Part shown: positions 10,850 through 19,718 of the stretch, piece after piece
How the letters are laid out: every line of letters starts with the position of its first letter
Position numbering within the stretch: position 1 is the stretch's first letter
Assembly (NCBI GenBank): GCA_039588275.1
Contig: JBDHAC010000003.1
Location: forward strand, 32,001 to 96,000
Source of the DNA: Gemmatimonadota bacterium
Lineage (GTDB): Bacteria; Gemmatimonadota; Gemmatimonadetes; Palauibacterales; Palauibacteraceae
Length of the DNA: 64,000 nt
Direction: 5' to 3'
The notes under the pieces: model-generated
What the model was told of the DNA's origin: nothing
The model's input: only the letters and a program-made list of their open reading frames with translations
Databases searched by the model: none
Position numbers and translations under genes: made by a program

Positions 10850-11277
10850 CACCTGACACCCGGGACTTGACCCTGGCCATCATCAAGCCGGACGCGTTCT
10901 CGGCGCGCAAGGCTGGTCGGATCTTGCACGAGTTGGAGGCCGCCGGGTTCGAGATCCGCGCGCTCCGCGTGCTCAGGCTCGAGCGGCCGGTGGCCGAGGC
11001 ATTCTACGAAGTCCACCGAGAACGACCCTTCTTCAGCTCGCTCGTCGAGTTCATGACCTCGGGCCCCTGCGTGGCGATGGCGCTGTGTCGCGAGCGGGCC
11101 GTGCCACACCTGCGCGAGGTGATCGGGGCGACCGATCCTGCGGAGGCGGCCCCGGGTACGGTCCGGGCGCTGTACGCGGAGAGTAAGGAGAGGAATGCGA
11201 TCCACGCGTCCGACTCGCCCGAGAACGCGCGCCGAGAGCTCTCGTTCTTCTTCAGCGAGTTGGAGCTGACCGGGTAG
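10846..11277 (+). CDS. ndk: Nucleoside-diphosphate kinase
   Basis: TLAIIKPDA, FMTSGP, IGATDPAEAAPGTVR, NAIHASDS; ATGA overlap with the CBS gene. Confidence 0.96.
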   Translation: MTPDTRDLTLAIIKPDAFSARKAGRILHELEAAGFEIRALRVLRLERPVAEAFYEVHRERPFFSSLVEFMTSGPCVAMALCRERAVPHLREVIGATDPAEAAPGTVRALYAESKERNAIHASDSPENARRELSFFFSELELTG

Positions 11278-11281
11278 CGAA

Positions 11282-11842
11282 ATGCTCGAGGGTCCGGCGA
11301 GCCTGCACCTCTCGCTTTCGGAGTTGCGAAGCGGCCCCGTCGATTGGAAGCGGACCCTGGAGTCTCCGCACGTCGCGATGCCCGGGCTGCCGAAACAGCT
11401 ACAGGGTCCGCTCACGGTGCGGGTGCGGGCCACCCTCGGCGAGGATGGGGGCATACGCGTGACCGGAGAAGTCAGCGGCAGCGCGGTTCTCGAGTGCCGG
11501 CGTTGCCTGACCCCAGTTCGCTGCGAGATCGAGTCGACCCTCGAGGCGTGGTTCCGCCGCGACGACCTGGCCGGGCCGGAAGAGAGAGGCGTGTGGGCCT
11601 TCGATCCGGACGCGTCGGAGATCGACCTGCGCGAGGCCCTACGCGAGGAACTGTGGCTCGCCGTTCCCGAGTTCGCGCTGTGCAGATCCGATTGCCCGGG
11701 GTTATGCGCGCGGTGCGGTGCACAGCTGGAATCCGAGGAGTGCCGCTGTCCGCCGCAGGCCCCGGACCCGAGATGGGGCGCGTTGGAGGCGGCACGCGGC
11801 TCGCTCGCGAGCCGGGCAGGGAAGGCACCCGACTCGGACTGA
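11282..11842 (+). CDS. yceD: DUF177/YceD family protein
   Basis: ECRRCL and CRSDCPGLCARCG zinc motifs, DPRWGAL; directly upstream of rpmF. Confidence 0.9.
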   Translation: MLEGPASLHLSLSELRSGPVDWKRTLESPHVAMPGLPKQLQGPLTVRVRATLGEDGGIRVTGEVSGSAVLECRRCLTPVRCEIESTLEAWFRRDDLAGPEERGVWAFDPDASEIDLREALREELWLAVPEFALCRSDCPGLCARCGAQLESEECRCPPQAPDPRWGALEAARGSLASRAGKAPDSD

Positions 11843-11945
11843 AGCGGCCCGTTAGGTCCGATCCCCTTGACACGAGGCGGGTTTCTTCGCCAGTTACCCG
11901 GCTCAAATCCGCGCCCCGAGCGCCGCGTCCCGGGCGCCGCCGCGG

Positions 11946-11951
11946 TATATT
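11946..11951 (+). promoter_or_regulatory. Possible sigma70 -10 element upstream of rpmF
   Basis: TATATT in an AT-rich patch about 35 nt before the rpmF ATG; no convincing -35 at 17 bp. Confidence 0.3.
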
Positions 11952-11986
11952 GAATAATCGGAAGTTGAGAGCAGGAGAGTCCCCAT

Positions 11987-12169
11987 ATGGCGGTCCCGAA
12001 GCGACGGACTTCGAAACAGCGGAAGCGGAAGCGTCGGACGCACGACAAGGCCGAGGCGACGGCCAATCAGGCGTGCCCGCGTTGCGGTGATCCCCGCCGC
12101 CCGCACCGCGTGTGCCCGAATTGCGGCTACTACCGTGATCGCGAGGTCATCCGAATCGACGAGTTCTGA
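11987..12169 (+). CDS. rpmF: 50S ribosomal protein L32 (zinc-binding form)
   Basis: MAVPKRRTSK...CPRCG...HRVCPNCGYY; AGGAG RBS. Confidence 0.98.
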   Translation: MAVPKRRTSKQRKRKRRTHDKAEATANQACPRCGDPRRPHRVCPNCGYYRDREVIRIDEF

Positions 12170-12235
12170 GCCGCCCGCGTTCGGTGGCAGCCTGCTGACG
12201 CGCGTAACCCTCTGCTGCCGTAGCCGGCGACTGTC

Positions 12236-13222
12236 GTGATACGGGTCGCACTCGACGTCCTGGGAGGTGACTCGGCTCCCGAGGCCCCGATCGCGGGGGC
12301 CCGGGCGGCGGTCGAGGCGTGGCCGGATGAGGTCGAGTTCCTCCTCGTGGGTCCCCCCGATCTGGTCCAGGAGGTCCTGGGCGACGCCCCCCCCGCCGGG
12401 TTGCTGCACGTACTGCCCGCGACGGAGCGCATCGAGCCGCACGACCCACCTGCCCTCGCCGTGCGTCGTAAGCCTGACAGCTCCATTGTCGTCGGGTTGG
12501 AGGCGCTTCGGTCCGGCGAGGCCGACGCGTTCATCTCCGCGGGCTCCACAGGTGCGGTAATGGCCGCTTCGGTGCTCAAGCTGGGAGTGCTCCCGGGCGT
12601 CGACCGCCCACCGGTCAGTGCGCTGTTCCCGACGGCCTCGGGACGGGTGCTCGTGCTGGATGTAGGTGCCAACTTGAACTGCCGGTCCAGCCACCTTCAT
12701 CAGTTCGCACACCTCGGCACGATCTACATGCGCGATCTGCTCGGGATCGAAAGACCCCGGGTCGGCCTCCTGAACGTGGGAGAGGAGGCGCAGAAGGGTG
12801 GCGACCTCGCGCTCGCTGCGCACCGGCTCTTCTCGGAAGACTCCACGCTTCACTTCGTGGGTAACGTGGAGGGACACCAGATCATCGAAGGTCCTTGCGA
12901 CGTCTTGGTGTGCGACGGCTTTGTCGGAAACGTGCTTCTCAAGTTCTACGAATCGATGGCAGGGTTCATCCTCGGGATCGTCAAACGCGGGGCCCCGACC
13001 GGCGAGACGGAGCTCGAGGGACTCCTCCGATTCCTCGACTACACGGAGTATGGGGGCGCACCCCTGCTGGGGGTGGAAGGCGTGTCGATCCTGTGTCACG
13101 GCTCATCCCCCGCGCGTGCGATCAAGAACGCGGTACGAGCCGCGATCGATTCCGTTCGAGCGGGTATGGTCGGCGACATGCGACGCGATCTGGAGCGGAT
13201 GGCGGGTGGAGGCACCGCATGA
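12236..13222 (+). CDS. plsX: Phosphate acyltransferase PlsX
   Basis: VALDVLGGD, SAGSTGA, LDVGAN, VGLLNVGEE, CDGFVGN, YGGAPLLG, CHGSS. Confidence 0.96.
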   Translation: MIRVALDVLGGDSAPEAPIAGARAAVEAWPDEVEFLLVGPPDLVQEVLGDAPPAGLLHVLPATERIEPHDPPALAVRRKPDSSIVVGLEALRSGEADAFISAGSTGAVMAASVLKLGVLPGVDRPPVSALFPTASGRVLVLDVGANLNCRSSHLHQFAHLGTIYMRDLLGIERPRVGLLNVGEEAQKGGDLALAAHRLFSEDSTLHFVGNVEGHQIIEGPCDVLVCDGFVGNVLLKFYESMAGFILGIVKRGAPTGETELEGLLRFLDYTEYGGAPLLGVEGVSILCHGSSPARAIKNAVRAAIDSVRAGMVGDMRRDLERMAGGGTA

Positions 13223-14145
13223 CACGAATCGCGCTTCTTCTGCCCGGGCAGGGTTCTCAGTTCGTCGGGATGGGGAGTGATCTGGTGCAGGCCTTTCCTG
13301 CCGCACGCGAGCTGTACGAGGAGGCGGATGACATCCTCGAGACTCGTCTCAGCACGCTCTGCTGGCAGGGTCCGGGCGAACAGCTCACGGCCACGGAGAA
13401 CGCTCAACCCGCCATCCTCCTCCACAGTTATGCCGTGTGGGTGCTCGCTCGGGAGATGTTGGCGGATTCGGTGGTCGTGGCCGCCGGTCACTCCCTGGGG
13501 GAGTTCTCAGCTCACCTCCTGGCGGGGACGTTCACCTTCGCCGACGCGCTGCGACTCGTACGCCGGCGCGGCGAGCTGATGGCGCGGGCCGGTGCGGAAC
13601 GACCGGGCACGATGGCGGCAGTGCTTGGATTGACCCTCGAGGAGATCGAGAAGGTCTGCGAATCCGCGTCGGTCGGGACGGTGGTACCCGCCAACATCAA
13701 TGCCCCCGGGCAGATCGTGATCAGTGGCGAGGTCGATGCGGTATCGGCTGCCTGCGATCTCGCGACGGAGGCGGGAGCTCGTCGGGTCATGCCCCTCAAC
13801 GTGAGCGGAGCGTTCCACTCACCGTTGATGGATGTAGCCGCGGTCGGACTTGAGGAGGGGCTCGCCGCCGTCGATGCCAGAGATCCGCGGTTCCCCGTGA
13901 TCGCCAACGCGACGGCGGAGGCGGTGCGCGACGGGGGCGCGGTGCGGACGACGCTACGGGCGCAGCTCACGTCACCGGTCCGTTGGGTCGAGGGCGTCGC
14001 GCGCATGCGCGAGGAGGAGCCGACTCGCTGGCTCGAGCTCGGACCGGGGAACGTGCTGGCGGGGCTGTTGCGCCGGATTGACCGATCGCTGGCGGCCACC
14101 TCGGTGGGCGATGCGGAGACGTTGGATGCCCTGGCCGCCGGTTAA
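13219..14145 (+). CDS. fabD: Malonyl-CoA:ACP transacylase
   Basis: PGQGSQ, GHSLGE, VSGAFHS, SPVRW, ELGPGNVL; ATG at 13219 overlaps the plsX stop. Confidence 0.96.
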   Translation: MTRIALLLPGQGSQFVGMGSDLVQAFPAARELYEEADDILETRLSTLCWQGPGEQLTATENAQPAILLHSYAVWVLAREMLADSVVVAAGHSLGEFSAHLLAGTFTFADALRLVRRRGELMARAGAERPGTMAAVLGLTLEEIEKVCESASVGTVVPANINAPGQIVISGEVDAVSAACDLATEAGARRVMPLNVSGAFHSPLMDVAAVGLEEGLAAVDARDPRFPVIANATAEAVRDGGAVRTTLRAQLTSPVRWVEGVARMREEEPTRWLELGPGNVLAGLLRRIDRSLAATSVGDAETLDALAAG

Positions 14146-14193
14146 CCAGGCCCTGCGCGCGTTAACCTTCGTTGACAGAGCAGAGGAGGATTC

Positions 14194-14931
14194 ATGGGTG
14201 AGCTGATGGGCAAGGTCGCGATCGTGACGGGCGGCGCTCGCGGCATCGGTCTTGTCATATGCCGCGAGTTGGCGGAAGCGGGGGCGAGCGTGGCTCTCGT
14301 CGACCTCGACGCCACGCTTGCCGGCGCGGCCGCAGCGGAATTGGGTGACGGCGGGCATGGCGGGTTCGAGTGCGACGTCGCGCGGCCGGAGGTGTGCGCC
14401 CAGCTCATCGCTCGGGTCGAGAACGAGATGGGACCCCCCGCGATCCTGGTGAACAACGCCGGGATCACGCGCGACAACCTCCTCGTCCGGATGAAGGACG
14501 AGGAATGGTCCAGGGTGATCGAGACGAACCTGTTCGGGGCGTTCTGTATGATACGGAGCGTGGCTCGCGGTATGATGAAACGGCGCGATGGCCGTATCGT
14601 GAATATCGCCAGCATCGTGGCCTTGACGGGAAACCGCGGCCAGTCCAACTATGCGGCGTCCAAAGCGGGACTGATCGCGCTCACGAAGTCCGTCGCGCAG
14701 GAATTGGCGAGCCGGGGTGTGCTCGCGAACGCCGTTGCACCCGGGTTCATCGAGACGGACATGACCGCGTCGTTGCCCGCGGATGTACGGGAATCGATGC
14801 TTGCGAGCGTTCCGGTCGGCAGGATCGGGACCCCGGAGGATGTCGCCCGGGTAGTCCGCTTCCTGGTTGGACCCGCCGCCTCGTATATGACGGGTCAGGT
14901 CGTGGTAGTGGATGGCGGTATGGTGATGTGA
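14194..14931 (+). CDS. fabG: 3-oxoacyl-ACP reductase
   Basis: TGGARGIG, NNAGITRD, YAASK, APGFIETDMT. Confidence 0.96.
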   Translation: MGELMGKVAIVTGGARGIGLVICRELAEAGASVALVDLDATLAGAAAAELGDGGHGGFECDVARPEVCAQLIARVENEMGPPAILVNNAGITRDNLLVRMKDEEWSRVIETNLFGAFCMIRSVARGMMKRRDGRIVNIASIVALTGNRGQSNYAASKAGLIALTKSVAQELASRGVLANAVAPGFIETDMTASLPADVRESMLASVPVGRIGTPEDVARVVRFLVGPAASYMTGQVVVVDGGMVM

Positions 14932-15032
14932 AGAGGAAAGTGGGATTCGGCGTGCGGACGCCGGGTCCCTCGGTGACGTAGGATCGCGGGATCGTAGAGA
15001 CCCCGGAATCCCGAATCGGGAAGGGAGCAGGC

Positions 15033-15266
15033 ATGTCCGAGACTGCAGCACGCGTGAGAGAGATCATCTCCCAGGAATTGGGTGTCGAGCAGGAAAAGGT
15101 GACCGATGATGCCTCGTTCGTCGAGGATCTTGGCGCCGATTCGCTCGACACGGTCGAACTCGTAATGGCGTTCGAGGAAGAGTTCGGGATCGAGATCCCG
15201 GACGAGGATGCCGAACAGATGCAGACCGTGGGACAGGCCATCGGTTACCTTGCGCAGAAGCAGTAA
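15033..15266 (+). CDS. acpP: Acyl carrier protein
   Basis: [26 protein letters not shown]. Confidence 0.98.
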   Translation: MSETAARVREIISQELGVEQEKVTDDASFVEDLGADSLDTVELVMAFEEEFGIEIPDEDAEQMQTVGQAIGYLAQKQ

Positions 15267-15301
15267 CCGGATCTCGCACGGCTGAATCCGACGTTTCTTC
15301 C

Positions 15302-16558
15302 ATGACAAGTCGTCGTGTCGTCATCACCGGGGTCGGTCTGGTCACACCGATCGGACTCGACCCCGAATCTACATGGTCCGCGCTCGTTGCCGGCGAGAGC
15401 GGGGCGGGCCCGATCACGCAGTTCGACCCCGCGGAGCAGGACGTCCACTTCGCGTGCGAGGTGACCGGGTTCGATCCAGAGCTTCATATGGACCGGAAGG
15501 AGGCCCGGAGGGCGGACCGCTTCGTGCAGTTCGCGCTCGCCACTGCGAAGCAGGCCGTTGAAAGCGCCGGGTTGGAGGATTGGCTCCCGGGACCGACGCC
15601 ACATCGCGTGGGCGTAATCGTGGGCTCCGGGATCGGAGGGCTACCGCTGCTCGAAGAGCAGCACATCAAGTTGTTGGAGAAGGGGCCCGGCCGCGTATCT
15701 CCTTTCTTTATCCCCATGTTCATCGCTGACATGGCGCCCGGGTTGATCTCGATGCGCTACGGGGTCCAGGGTCCGAACTACGCGACCGTATCGGCCTGTG
15801 CCTCCAGCGCTCACGCTCTGGGACTCGCGTATCGATCGGTCCGCATCGGCGAGACCGACGCGATGATCACGGGTGGCACGGAATCCACCATCACCCCGCT
15901 ATGCGTCGGCGGCTTCGCGTCGATGAAAGCGCTGTCGACGCGCAACGACGATCCGGCCACCGCTTCGCGGCCGTTCGACCGGCACAGAGACGGGTTCGTG
16001 CTCGGAGAGGGAGCGGCGATGATGATCCTCGAGGAGCTGGAGCACGCACGCGCGCGCGGAGCACCTATCGTCGCCGAGATGATCGGGTTCGCTCAGAGCG
16101 CGGACGCGTACCATCTGACCGCCCCCGCACCTGATGGAGCAGGTGCGCAGACGGCGATGGCGTTGGCGCTCGAAGATGCCGGTATCCGACCTGAGCAAGT
16201 CGACTACATCAACGCCCACGGGACCTCTACGCCGGCCAACGACTCCGCCGAGACCGCGGCCGTGAAGGGCGTGTTCGGTGATCACGCCTACGATCTCGTG
16301 CTGGGCTCCTCCAAATCCATGACCGGTCACACGCTCGGTGCGTCGGGGGCCATCGAAGGCACCATCGCCGCGCTCGTGTGCCAACGAAGCGTGATCCCGC
16401 CCACGATCAACTTCGAGGAGGCTGATCCTGAATGTGACCTGGAGTACGCGCACGGTGGCCCCATCGAGCGTGAGGTGAAGTACGCGATTTCCAACTCGTT
16501 CGGCTTCGGGGGGCACAACGTGTGTCTCGCGGTAAAGCGGTGGAACGGGGACGAGTGA
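15302..16558 (+). CDS. fabF: Beta-ketoacyl-ACP synthase II
   Basis: SACASSAH, SRPFD..RDGFVLGEG, YINAHGTST, SKSMTGH, NSFGFGGHN. Confidence 0.97.
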   Translation: MTSRRVVITGVGLVTPIGLDPESTWSALVAGESGAGPITQFDPAEQDVHFACEVTGFDPELHMDRKEARRADRFVQFALATAKQAVESAGLEDWLPGPTPHRVGVIVGSGIGGLPLLEEQHIKLLEKGPGRVSPFFIPMFIADMAPGLISMRYGVQGPNYATVSACASSAHALGLAYRSVRIGETDAMITGGTESTITPLCVGGFASMKALSTRNDDPATASRPFDRHRDGFVLGEGAAMMILEELEHARARGAPIVAEMIGFAQSADAYHLTAPAPDGAGAQTAMALALEDAGIRPEQVDYINAHGTSTPANDSAETAAVKGVFGDHAYDLVLGSSKSMTGHTLGASGAIEGTIAALVCQRSVIPPTINFEEADPECDLEYAHGGPIEREVKYAISNSFGFGGHNVCLAVKRWNGDE

Positions 16559-16592
16559 CGCCGCTGTTCGCTCCGCACGGGGGAGTCAAGCC

Positions 16593-17021
16593 GTGAGTCG
16601 ACCCCGCGTCTTGGCGCTCATCGGCTCAGAGTCGGATCGCCCGGTGATGGATAAGGCGGTCGAGATCCTGACCGACCGTGGTGTCGACGTGCACCTCGAG
16701 GTGAGCAGCGCGCACCGGGATCCCGAACGGACGGTCGCTCTCGCCTCCGGCGCGCGCGATGCCGGGTTCAGCGTCGTGATCTGCGGGGCGGGGCTCGCCG
16801 CCGCGCTCCCGGGCGTCGTCGCAGCACACACCACGCTACCGGTCATCGGCGTCCCGATCTCTGCCGGAACCCTCGGCGGGCTGGACTCTCTGCTCTCGAT
16901 CGTCCAGATGCCGCCTGGCGTGCCGGTGGCGACCGTGGCGATCGATGGCGCCAAGAACGCCGCACATCTCGCGCTTCGCATCCTGGAACTATCGTCAGCG
17001 GGGAGCGACGCGCCCGGCTGA
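16593..17021 (+). CDS. purE: PurE family AIR carboxylase / N5-CAIR mutase
   Basis: GSESD, SAHRDP, LPVIGVP, GLDSLLSIVQMPPGVPVATV. Confidence 0.93.
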   Translation: MSRPRVLALIGSESDRPVMDKAVEILTDRGVDVHLEVSSAHRDPERTVALASGARDAGFSVVICGAGLAAALPGVVAAHTTLPVIGVPISAGTLGGLDSLLSIVQMPPGVPVATVAIDGAKNAAHLALRILELSSAGSDAPG

Positions 17022-17053
17022 CCGACCGTCCTCGCGGATAAGCAGGTGTCCTC

Positions 17054-17572
17054 ATGCGAGTCGGCATCGGTTACGACTCCCACCGCTTCGATGAAGCTCG
17101 CCCACTGATCCTCGGGGGCGTCCGGATTCCGGATGCGCCCGGTCTGGCCGCCTACTCGGATGGCGACGCGGTCGCCCACGCCGTGATCGATGCGTTGCTC
17201 GGCGCGGCGGGGCTCGGTCATATCGGAGCCCTCTTCCCGGACGACGATCCCGAGTACGAGGGGGCGGATTCCCTCTCTCTCCTGGCCGAAGCCGTGCGCC
17301 GAGTGGAGATGGAGAACTACCAGGTCGTGAACGTGGACGTGTCGATCATCGCGGAACGCCCGCGCATCGCTCCCTTCGGCCATGAGATGGCCGAGCGGTT
17401 GGCCACGACGCTTCACACCGCGCCGACGTGCGTGTCGATCAAGGGCAAGTCCAACGAGGCCATGGGTTGGATCGGGCGAGGGGAAGGGATTGCGGTGATC
17501 GCGGTGGCGGCCCTCGACCAGATCGGCGACATCGACGCCCTCCTCGCCAGCATGCGCTCCGGCGGTGGCTGA
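17054..17572 (+). CDS. ispF: 2-C-methyl-D-erythritol 2,4-cyclodiphosphate synthase
   Basis: MRVGIGYDSHRF, LILGGV, SDGDAVAHA..DALLGA, GRGEGIA. Confidence 0.95.
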   Translation: MRVGIGYDSHRFDEARPLILGGVRIPDAPGLAAYSDGDAVAHAVIDALLGAAGLGHIGALFPDDDPEYEGADSLSLLAEAVRRVEMENYQVVNVDVSIIAERPRIAPFGHEMAERLATTLHTAPTCVSIKGKSNEAMGWIGRGEGIAVIAVAALDQIGDIDALLASMRSGGG

Positions 17573-18188
17573 GTTCGAAGCGCTTCTCGCGCTCCTGCTT
17601 GGAATCCCCACGTGGCTCGCGTACGTGCTACTCGGTGCGGGGGCGGCGGTCGAGAACGTGTTTCCCCCCGTGCCCTCCGACACGGTCGTGGTACTCGGTG
17701 GCATCTTGTCGGATCGTGGGGGGCTGCACGTGTGGACGGTCCTTGCGGTCGCGTGGGTCTCGAACGTGAGCGCGGCGCTGCTCATTTACGCGCTCGCGCG
17801 ACGTCACGGTCGGGGTATCTTCCGGACACGCTGGGGACGGCGGCTCCTCCGCCCCCATCAGTTGAACCAGCTGTCGGACTTTTATGAGCGGTACGGACTC
17901 GTGGCGATCTTCGGAAGTCGCTTTCTACCCGTGCTGCGGGTCCTGATTCCGGCGTTTGCCGGCATCACGAAGCTGGGCTTCGTGCGCACGGCGATTCCGC
18001 TTGCTACCGCGTCACTCGGCTGGTATACCGTGATGGTCTTCGCCGGCGTGTTCGCGTCACGGAATATCGAGCGGCTGTTCGAGACGCTCGGGGCCGCCAA
18101 CAACTGGCTCCTGGGTGTCGCGTTGGCCCTGATCGTGGGCATCACGTTCTGGTGGATTCGGAGCCGACGTGATCGAGAAGACACCTAG
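17565..18188 (+). CDS. DedA family membrane protein
   Basis: ENVFPPVPSD and SRFLPVLR..IP..AG DedA signatures. Confidence 0.9.
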   Translation: MAEFEALLALLLGIPTWLAYVLLGAGAAVENVFPPVPSDTVVVLGGILSDRGGLHVWTVLAVAWVSNVSAALLIYALARRHGRGIFRTRWGRRLLRPHQLNQLSDFYERYGLVAIFGSRFLPVLRVLIPAFAGITKLGFVRTAIPLATASLGWYTVMVFAGVFASRNIERLFETLGAANNWLLGVALALIVGITFWWIRSRRDREDT

Positions 18189-18206
18189 CAGGTTCCCGAG
18201 CCGCCG

Positions 18207-19127
18207 ATGGAGGTAGAGACCGGCCAGCTCGCAGCCGAGCGCGCCTTCCGTCTGGAGCTCTTCCGCGACTACCTGAGCTTCGAGCGTGGGCTCTCCCCAC
18301 GCACGCTGGATGCATACGAAGCCGATGCCCGCCGACTGATCGCCTATGCCGAAGGCCGCGGCGTTACGCAACCCTCGGCGGTGACCTACGATCTGCTGCG
18401 CGACTTCGTCGCCGCACTCACCGAGTCGGGGTTGGCGGCCGCCTCGGTGGCTCGAAAGTTGTCGGCGGTGCGGGCTCTGTTCCGGTTTCTCGTCGAGGAA
18501 GGAGTCCTCTCGACCGACCCCTGCGAGCGCCTCGAGTCTCCACGGCCGTCCCGGCGGCTCCCCCAGGTGCTCTCGTACCCGGAGATCGAGCGATTGTTGT
18601 CCGCCGTGACGCCGGATCTGGAGTTGGCGTACCGCGACAGGGCAATCATCGAAGTGTTGTACGGGTGTGGGCTTAGGGTATCGGAGCTCATCGATCTTCG
18701 ATTGCTCGGTCTGCATCTGGATGCGGGTCTGGTTCAGGTCCTGGGGAAGGGCCGAAAGGAGCGTCTGGTACCGGTGGGAGCGGATGCGCGGGGCGCGTTG
18801 CGGCGCTACCTTCGTGAATCGAGACCCCGCTTGGACAGGGGAGCGTCGGACGGCAGGGTATTCCTCAATCGCCACGGGCGCCCGTTGAGCCGAATGGGCG
18901 TGTGGAAGATTCTGCGTCGCTACGTGGAGAGGGCCGGGCTACAGGTGCGGGTGACGCCCCACACCCTGCGGCACAGCTTCGCCACGCACCTTCTCGAGGG
19001 CGGTGCGGACCTCGCGTCCGTGCAAGAGATGCTGGGCCATGTCGACATTTCCACGACCGAGATATACACGCACGTCGACCGGAGCCACCTGCGAGAGGTC
19101 CATCGAGCCTGCCACCCGCGGGGGTGA
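18207..19127 (+). CDS. xerD: Tyrosine recombinase XerD
   Basis: ERGLSPRT..AY, LYGCGLRVSEL, GKGRKERLVP, TPHTLRHSFATHLLEGGADL..VQEMLGH..ISTTEIYTHV; all catalytic residues present. Confidence 0.9.
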   Translation: MEVETGQLAAERAFRLELFRDYLSFERGLSPRTLDAYEADARRLIAYAEGRGVTQPSAVTYDLLRDFVAALTESGLAAASVARKLSAVRALFRFLVEEGVLSTDPCERLESPRPSRRLPQVLSYPEIERLLSAVTPDLELAYRDRAIIEVLYGCGLRVSELIDLRLLGLHLDAGLVQVLGKGRKERLVPVGADARGALRRYLRESRPRLDRGASDGRVFLNRHGRPLSRMGVWKILRRYVERAGLQVRVTPHTLRHSFATHLLEGGADLASVQEMLGHVDISTTEIYTHVDRSHLREVHRACHPRG

Positions 19128-19166
19128 CTTGAACCGCTGTGGCGACTCGGGACCATCGGGGTCCTC

Positions 19167-19718
19167 GTGATCCGCGTCTCGCGCGTCGTCAGCCTGGTAC
19201 GCAACCGGCGCCCCGTACACCGATTCGCCGATCGGCCGGTTCCCGCCGATGTGCTGGAGACGGTACTCGAGTCCGGGCGTTACGCTCCCTCCGCGGGTGA
19301 GGCGCAGCCGTGGCGATTCGTCGTCGTTCAGGAGGCGCTGACGCGCCTTCGAATCGCGACCGCGGCCTTCAACCATCCCCACTTGCAGACGGCTCCCGTC
19401 CTCATCGCCTGCTGCGCGCGCATTCACTCCCACGTCAGCGGGTCCGGCCGCCCAAGTCACCCGATCGATCTGGCGGCCGCGACCCAGACCATGTTGATCG
19501 TGGCCGCAGACCTCGGCCTGCACACGAGTTGGATCACAGGCTATCGCGAGCCTCACGTCCGGGCGGCCCTCGGGATCCCCGCCGATGTGCCCGTCGTGGC
19601 CATCCTGGCGCTCGGATACCCGGACGGTCTGAGCCCGTTGCCTGAGCGGCGTTCCCGTCCGGAGGTGATCGCCTGGGATCGCTGGCAATCGGATGACGCG
19701 GGGGGATCGCCGCTGTGA
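19167..19718 (+). CDS. Nitroreductase family protein
   Basis: RRPVHRF, APSAGEAQPWRFVVV, A.DLGLHTSW, LALGYP. Confidence 0.88.
   Translation: MIRVSRVVSLVRNRRPVHRFADRPVPADVLETVLESGRYAPSAGEAQPWRFVVVQEALTRLRIATAAFNHPHLQTAPVLIACCARIHSHVSGSGRPSHPIDLAAATQTMLIVAADLGLHTSWITGYREPHVRAALGIPADVPVVAILALGYPDGLSPLPERRSRPEVIAWDRWQSDDAGGSPL

Noticed and set aside
18207..19127. Tyrosine recombinase as a prophage or island integrase
   Set aside because: XerD-like size and motifs, housekeeping context, and no att repeats, tRNA or phage genes nearby.
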